Below, piece after piece: positions 60,788 through 64,000 of a DNA stretch of 64,000 nucleotides. Made by a program: the position numbers and the translations under genes. The notes under the pieces are model-generated. The model was not told the origin of the DNA, searched no databases, and saw only the letters and a list, made by a program, of their open reading frames with translations. The stretch spans positions 74,620 to 138,619 of the forward strand of contig JAOABC010000005.1 in NCBI GenBank assembly GCA_026418535.1, written 5' to 3'. This DNA comes from Hydrogenothermaceae bacterium (GTDB taxonomy: Bacteria > Aquificota > Aquificia > Aquificales > Hydrogenothermaceae). Numbering within the stretch: position 1 is the stretch's first letter; every line of letters begins with the position of its first letter.

Positions 60788-61318
60788 GTGGTTAACGTGG
60801 TGAAGATTTTGGTTTGTAATAGTTCTAAAAGAATAGATATTCTGCTGGAAGAACTAAGAAGACAGACGGATATACAGCTAGAGAAATATGAAGGTTGTAA
60901 ATACTCCCCTGCTACTGCTATAACGGATGACAAGGGAGTTGCTAGGATTGTGTTCTACGGAGAGTTAAAATTGGATGCTTTCTTGGAGAGTGTAAAGATC
61001 TTCCAGAAAGGTAACTACCAGGTATCTGATAGGATCTTGGACTTTTTGGATATGATAGATAGAGAGGTTAATATAAAGGTATTTACTGCTCAGAGCTGTG
61101 GTTGGTGTTTTCCAGCGGTTATCAAGGCTGTTAGCTTTGCCTACCTATCAGAAAAGATAAAAGTTGAAGTGCTAGACTGTTACTCCTTTCCTGAGTTGGC
61201 TACATCTTACAACATTATAACTGTTCCAAAGACAGTAATAAACGACAGGGTTGAGTTTATTGGTTCTAAAGATGATAACGAGTTCTTTGGATACATCATC
61301 AAGGCTGTTAGGGAGTAG
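60788..61318 (+). CDS. Thioredoxin-fold protein disulfide oxidoreductase-like protein (two-unit PDO/glutaredoxin-like), CGWC site
   Basis: C-terminal unit KVFTAQSCGWCFPAV...ITVPKTVIN resembles glutaredoxin-like/PDO proteins. The N-terminal unit lacks CxxC. Start codon uncertain (GTG cluster 60788-60802). Confidence 0.65.
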   Translation: MVNVVKILVCNSSKRIDILLEELRRQTDIQLEKYEGCKYSPATAITDDKGVARIVFYGELKLDAFLESVKIFQKGNYQVSDRILDFLDMIDREVNIKVFTAQSCGWCFPAVIKAVSFAYLSEKIKVEVLDCYSFPELATSYNIITVPKTVINDRVEFIGSKDDNEFFGYIIKAVRE

Positions 61319-61321
61319 TTT

Positions 61322-62419
61322 TTGTTAAAGTTATCAGTTCTTGGTTCTACTGGTTCTGTCGGAAGTCAGACCCTTGACGTTCTCCGGATGTATAAGTACA
61401 AAGTATCTACCAAGCTCCTTGGGGCCTCAAAACCATCGGAGAAGTTAAAAGATCAGGTGTTGGAGTTTAAGCCGGAGTACGTATACATCGAAAAGTTCGA
61501 TGGTAGAGAGTTTTACGGTAGTAAGGTTATAAATGGTGATTCTATAGAAAAACTTCTTGAAGTAGAGTCAGACTTGTTCATAAACGCAGTTAGTGGGATA
61601 AGTGGTATAAAGTCTACATACTTACTGCTAAAAGCTGGGAAAAAGCTGGCCACAGCAAACAAAGAGTCTATAGTCTGTCTTGGTGAGATATTGAAAGATG
61701 AACTTAAGAGAGTTGTCCCAATAGATAGTGAGCATTCAGCCATATACCAGATAATAAGTAGTGAGAAGGGCAATCCAATAAATAGGATAGTCCTTACAGC
61801 CTCCGGAGGACCTTTCCTTTACTGGAAAAAGGAGGAGCTGGAGGATGTGTCTGTTGATGAGGCTTTAAATCACCCAAAGTGGAGTATGGGTAAGAAGATA
61901 ACCGTTGACAGTGCCACCCTCCTAAATAAGGGGCTTGAGGTTATAGAGGCTCACTATCTCTTTGGTTTTGAGTACGACAAGATAGATGTGGTGGTCCATC
62001 CAGAGAGTATAATCCACGGTATGGTTGAGTTTGCGGATGGAACTTTTATAGCCAACATGTCCCATCCAGATATGAGAATACCTATATCCTACGCAATCTT
62101 TGGTGGAAGAGAAAAGTTGGAGATAAAACCTCTAAACCTAGTAGAACTAGGCTCCTTATCTTTCTACAGACCAGATTTTGAAAAGTTTCCTCTTCTAAAG
62201 TTAGCGATAGAGTGTGGAAAGCGAGGGAGTATCTACCCTGTAGTTTTAACAGTGGCTGATGAGATAGCTGTAGACAAATTTCTCTCTGGAAATATAAAGT
62301 TTACCCAGATTCACTCGTTCATAGAGGATGTTGTAAGCAGTGTAAACTTCCCAGAGCCAAAAGACCTGTTAGACCTTTTCCAGCTTATAGAGGAGATATA
62401 CCATAAGTTTAGACACTAA
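61322..62419 (+). CDS. dxr: 1-deoxy-D-xylulose-5-phosphate reductoisomerase
   Basis: LGSTGSVGSQTLDV, ANKES, IDSEHSAI, LTASGGPF, NHPKWSMG. TTG start 6 nt after GGGAG. Confidence 0.93.
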   Translation: MLKLSVLGSTGSVGSQTLDVLRMYKYKVSTKLLGASKPSEKLKDQVLEFKPEYVYIEKFDGREFYGSKVINGDSIEKLLEVESDLFINAVSGISGIKSTYLLLKAGKKLATANKESIVCLGEILKDELKRVVPIDSEHSAIYQIISSEKGNPINRIVLTASGGPFLYWKKEELEDVSVDEALNHPKWSMGKKITVDSATLLNKGLEVIEAHYLFGFEYDKIDVVVHPESIIHGMVEFADGTFIANMSHPDMRIPISYAIFGGREKLEIKPLNLVELGSLSFYRPDFEKFPLLKLAIECGKRGSIYPVVLTVADEIAVDKFLSGNIKFTQIHSFIEDVVSSVNFPEPKDLLDLFQLIEEIYHKFRH

Positions 62420-64000
62420 AGTAGTTAGCCTCCGGATGGTAGACTACAATGGCAGCAGTAGATTGCTCCGGAACTATCAAGTGTGTCTCTGTTAGTTCTA
62501 CTCCAAACTCCTGAGGTTTTAGAAGTTGAAAAATTTTATCATTTAAGGAAAGGTCTGGGCAGGCTGGGTATCCAGGGGAATACCTTACACCTTGATACTT
62601 ACCAACTTTCCAGTTTATATCCTCTAAACTCTCCCCTTCTTCTCGGGCTATACCAAGCTCAATTCTTATCTTCTTATGGACAATCTCTGCTAAACCCTCA
62701 GTAAGCTCTATTCCCAGTCCATGGAAAAGGTGGTACTCCTTATACTTCCCCTCTTTAAAAAGCCTGCTCTCCACTTCTGATATCTTTTTTCCTGCTGACA
62801 CAAAAGTAAGAGCGACTACATCGTGTCTATCGTCGTGGAAGAAATCAGGTATAGACCTGTAAGGAGGTTTGCTACTCCTTGGAAAGTTCATTCTCAGTAC
62901 AGCCCTCTCTACAACACTCTCTAAAGGATCTCTGTTTACACTCTCAGCATCATACCAACCCTCTCTTTCAGAGAACAGGTACAGCGAACTCTCTTTATTA
63001 TCCCCCATCTTTTTTCTGAGACTTATGTCTGACCTGCAAGGGAAGTAGCCGTATATTATGATAGGCTGGAAGATATTCTCCTTTATAAGCATATCTTTAA
63101 GCCGATTAAAGTTTGGGAGTATCTCCTCTTGTTTTAGCCGGTTATACTCTTCAAAACTCTTGTCTCCTCTTCTGTATCCCCAGGCTCTCTTGAACAGTGC
63201 TCCCTTGTTTATCCATTCAAAGGCAAGCTCCCTTATGTACTCAAACTCCTCAGACCCTTCACATATCCAGACTTTCCTTCCCCAGAAGGGAGGGTTTGGA
63301 ACAGGATGATCTCTATCGGGCATCTTTATCTCTTCTATCAGCGGAACTTGTATACTCTCTTCTTCCTTAAGCTCAATCTCCTTTGTCTCAACGAACAGCT
63401 CTGTATCGAATATACCTTTCTCTATCCGGCTCATAGCCTCTATACCATCAAAAGCATCCCTACAGTAGAAAACAGGACCGTCGTATACAGGTTTACAGTA
63501 TTCATCCACGAACTTCTTGTTCAAGGCTGCCCCACCTAGTAGTACAGGGACTTTTATACCTCTCCTCTTCATCTCTTCAAGGTTATTTTTCATCTCTAAT
63601 GTAGATTTTACAAGTAGGCCACTCATCCCTATGGCATCAGCGTTGTGTTCCTTGTAGGCTCTTATGAACTCCTCAATCTCCACCTTTATCCCTAGGTTTA
63701 TAACTTTAAATCCGTTGTTTGTCAGTATGATATCCACAAGATTTTTTCCTACATCGTGAACATCTCCCTTTACAGTTCCAAGTACCAAGACTGCTCTGTT
63801 CTTCTTGGATGTTTTAGGTAAGAATTGGTTAAGGTAGTCTACAGCTACTTTCATGCTCTCTGCAGACTGTAAGACAAAGGGAAGTTGCATCTTTCCTTCT
63901 CCGAATAAGTCTCCTATGTACTTCATACTATCTATTAGGATCTCGTTTATTATTCTCTCCGGAGATATCTCCTTCCTCGCTTCATCAACCGCTTTGATCA
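62409..64000 (-). CDS. metH: Cobalamin-dependent methionine synthase, C-terminal part (B12-binding + reactivation domains); 5' end outside the window
   Basis: B12 motif GTVKGDVHDVGKN, SGLL, GGA. Activation-domain ending PEQSTAAIVVYHPEANYFSV. The frame stays open upstream of M at 63926 (…ERIINEILIDSMKYIGDLFGEGKM) to the window edge. Confidence 0.9.
   Translation of the reverse strand, partial: IKAVDEARKEISPERIINEILIDSMKYIGDLFGEGKMQLPFVLQSAESMKVAVDYLNQFLPKTSKKNRAVLVLGTVKGDVHDVGKNLVDIILTNNGFKVINLGIKVEIEEFIRAYKEHNADAIGMSGLLVKSTLEMKNNLEEMKRRGIKVPVLLGGAALNKKFVDEYCKPVYDGPVFYCRDAFDGIEAMSRIEKGIFDTELFVETKEIELKEEESIQVPLIEEIKMPDRDHPVPNPPFWGRKVWICEGSEEFEYIRELAFEWINKGALFKRAWGYRRGDKSFEEYNRLKQEEILPNFNRLKDMLIKENIFQPIIIYGYFPCRSDISLRKKMGDNKESSLYLFSEREGWYDAESVNRDPLESVVERAVLRMNFPRSSKPPYRSIPDFFHDDRHDVVALTFVSAGKKISEVESRLFKEGKYKEYHLFHGLGIELTEGLAEIVHKKIRIELGIAREEGESLEDINWKVGKYQGVRYSPGYPACPDLSLNDKIFQLLKPQEFGVELTETHLIVPEQSTAAIVVYHPEANYFSV

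Overview
This 64-kb window looks like core chromosome from a compact, low-GC (about 38-40% by eye) thermophile-type bacterium. It is most consistent with Aquificota, because carB is split into two separately encoded halves and leucyl-tRNA synthetase is split into alpha and beta chains, both known hallmarks of Aquifex-type genomes. That placement is inference only. I support about 58 protein genes. They are nearly all housekeeping, tightly packed, and often have overlapping stop/start codons. I also support two tRNAs (Leu-CAA, His-GTG), one decayed signalling gene, one clear intrinsic terminator, and several sigma70-like or extended -10 promoters.

I found no CRISPR array, IS element, integrase, prophage, toxin-antitoxin or recognisable defence locus. 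I cannot honestly point to a discrete novel multi-gene system.

The signals most worth a second look are:
- The palindrome TCCGGA is strongly over-represented in all codon phases.
- The two LeuRS chains are adjacent and overlap by 8 nt.
- Three genes or extensions are missing from the ORF track: an AUU-initiated infC N-terminus, a 55-aa Trm112/YcaR zinc-ribbon gene, and a 31-aa hydrophobic micro-ORF coupled to thiE.
- pilT is wedged between recA and recX.
- A cysteine-free type IA topoisomerase has a triple C-terminal repeat.
- A frameshifted EAL-type remnant sits upstream of a CZB (zinc-sensor)-GGDEF cyclase.

All product calls rest on motifs read by eye from the translations. No searches were run.
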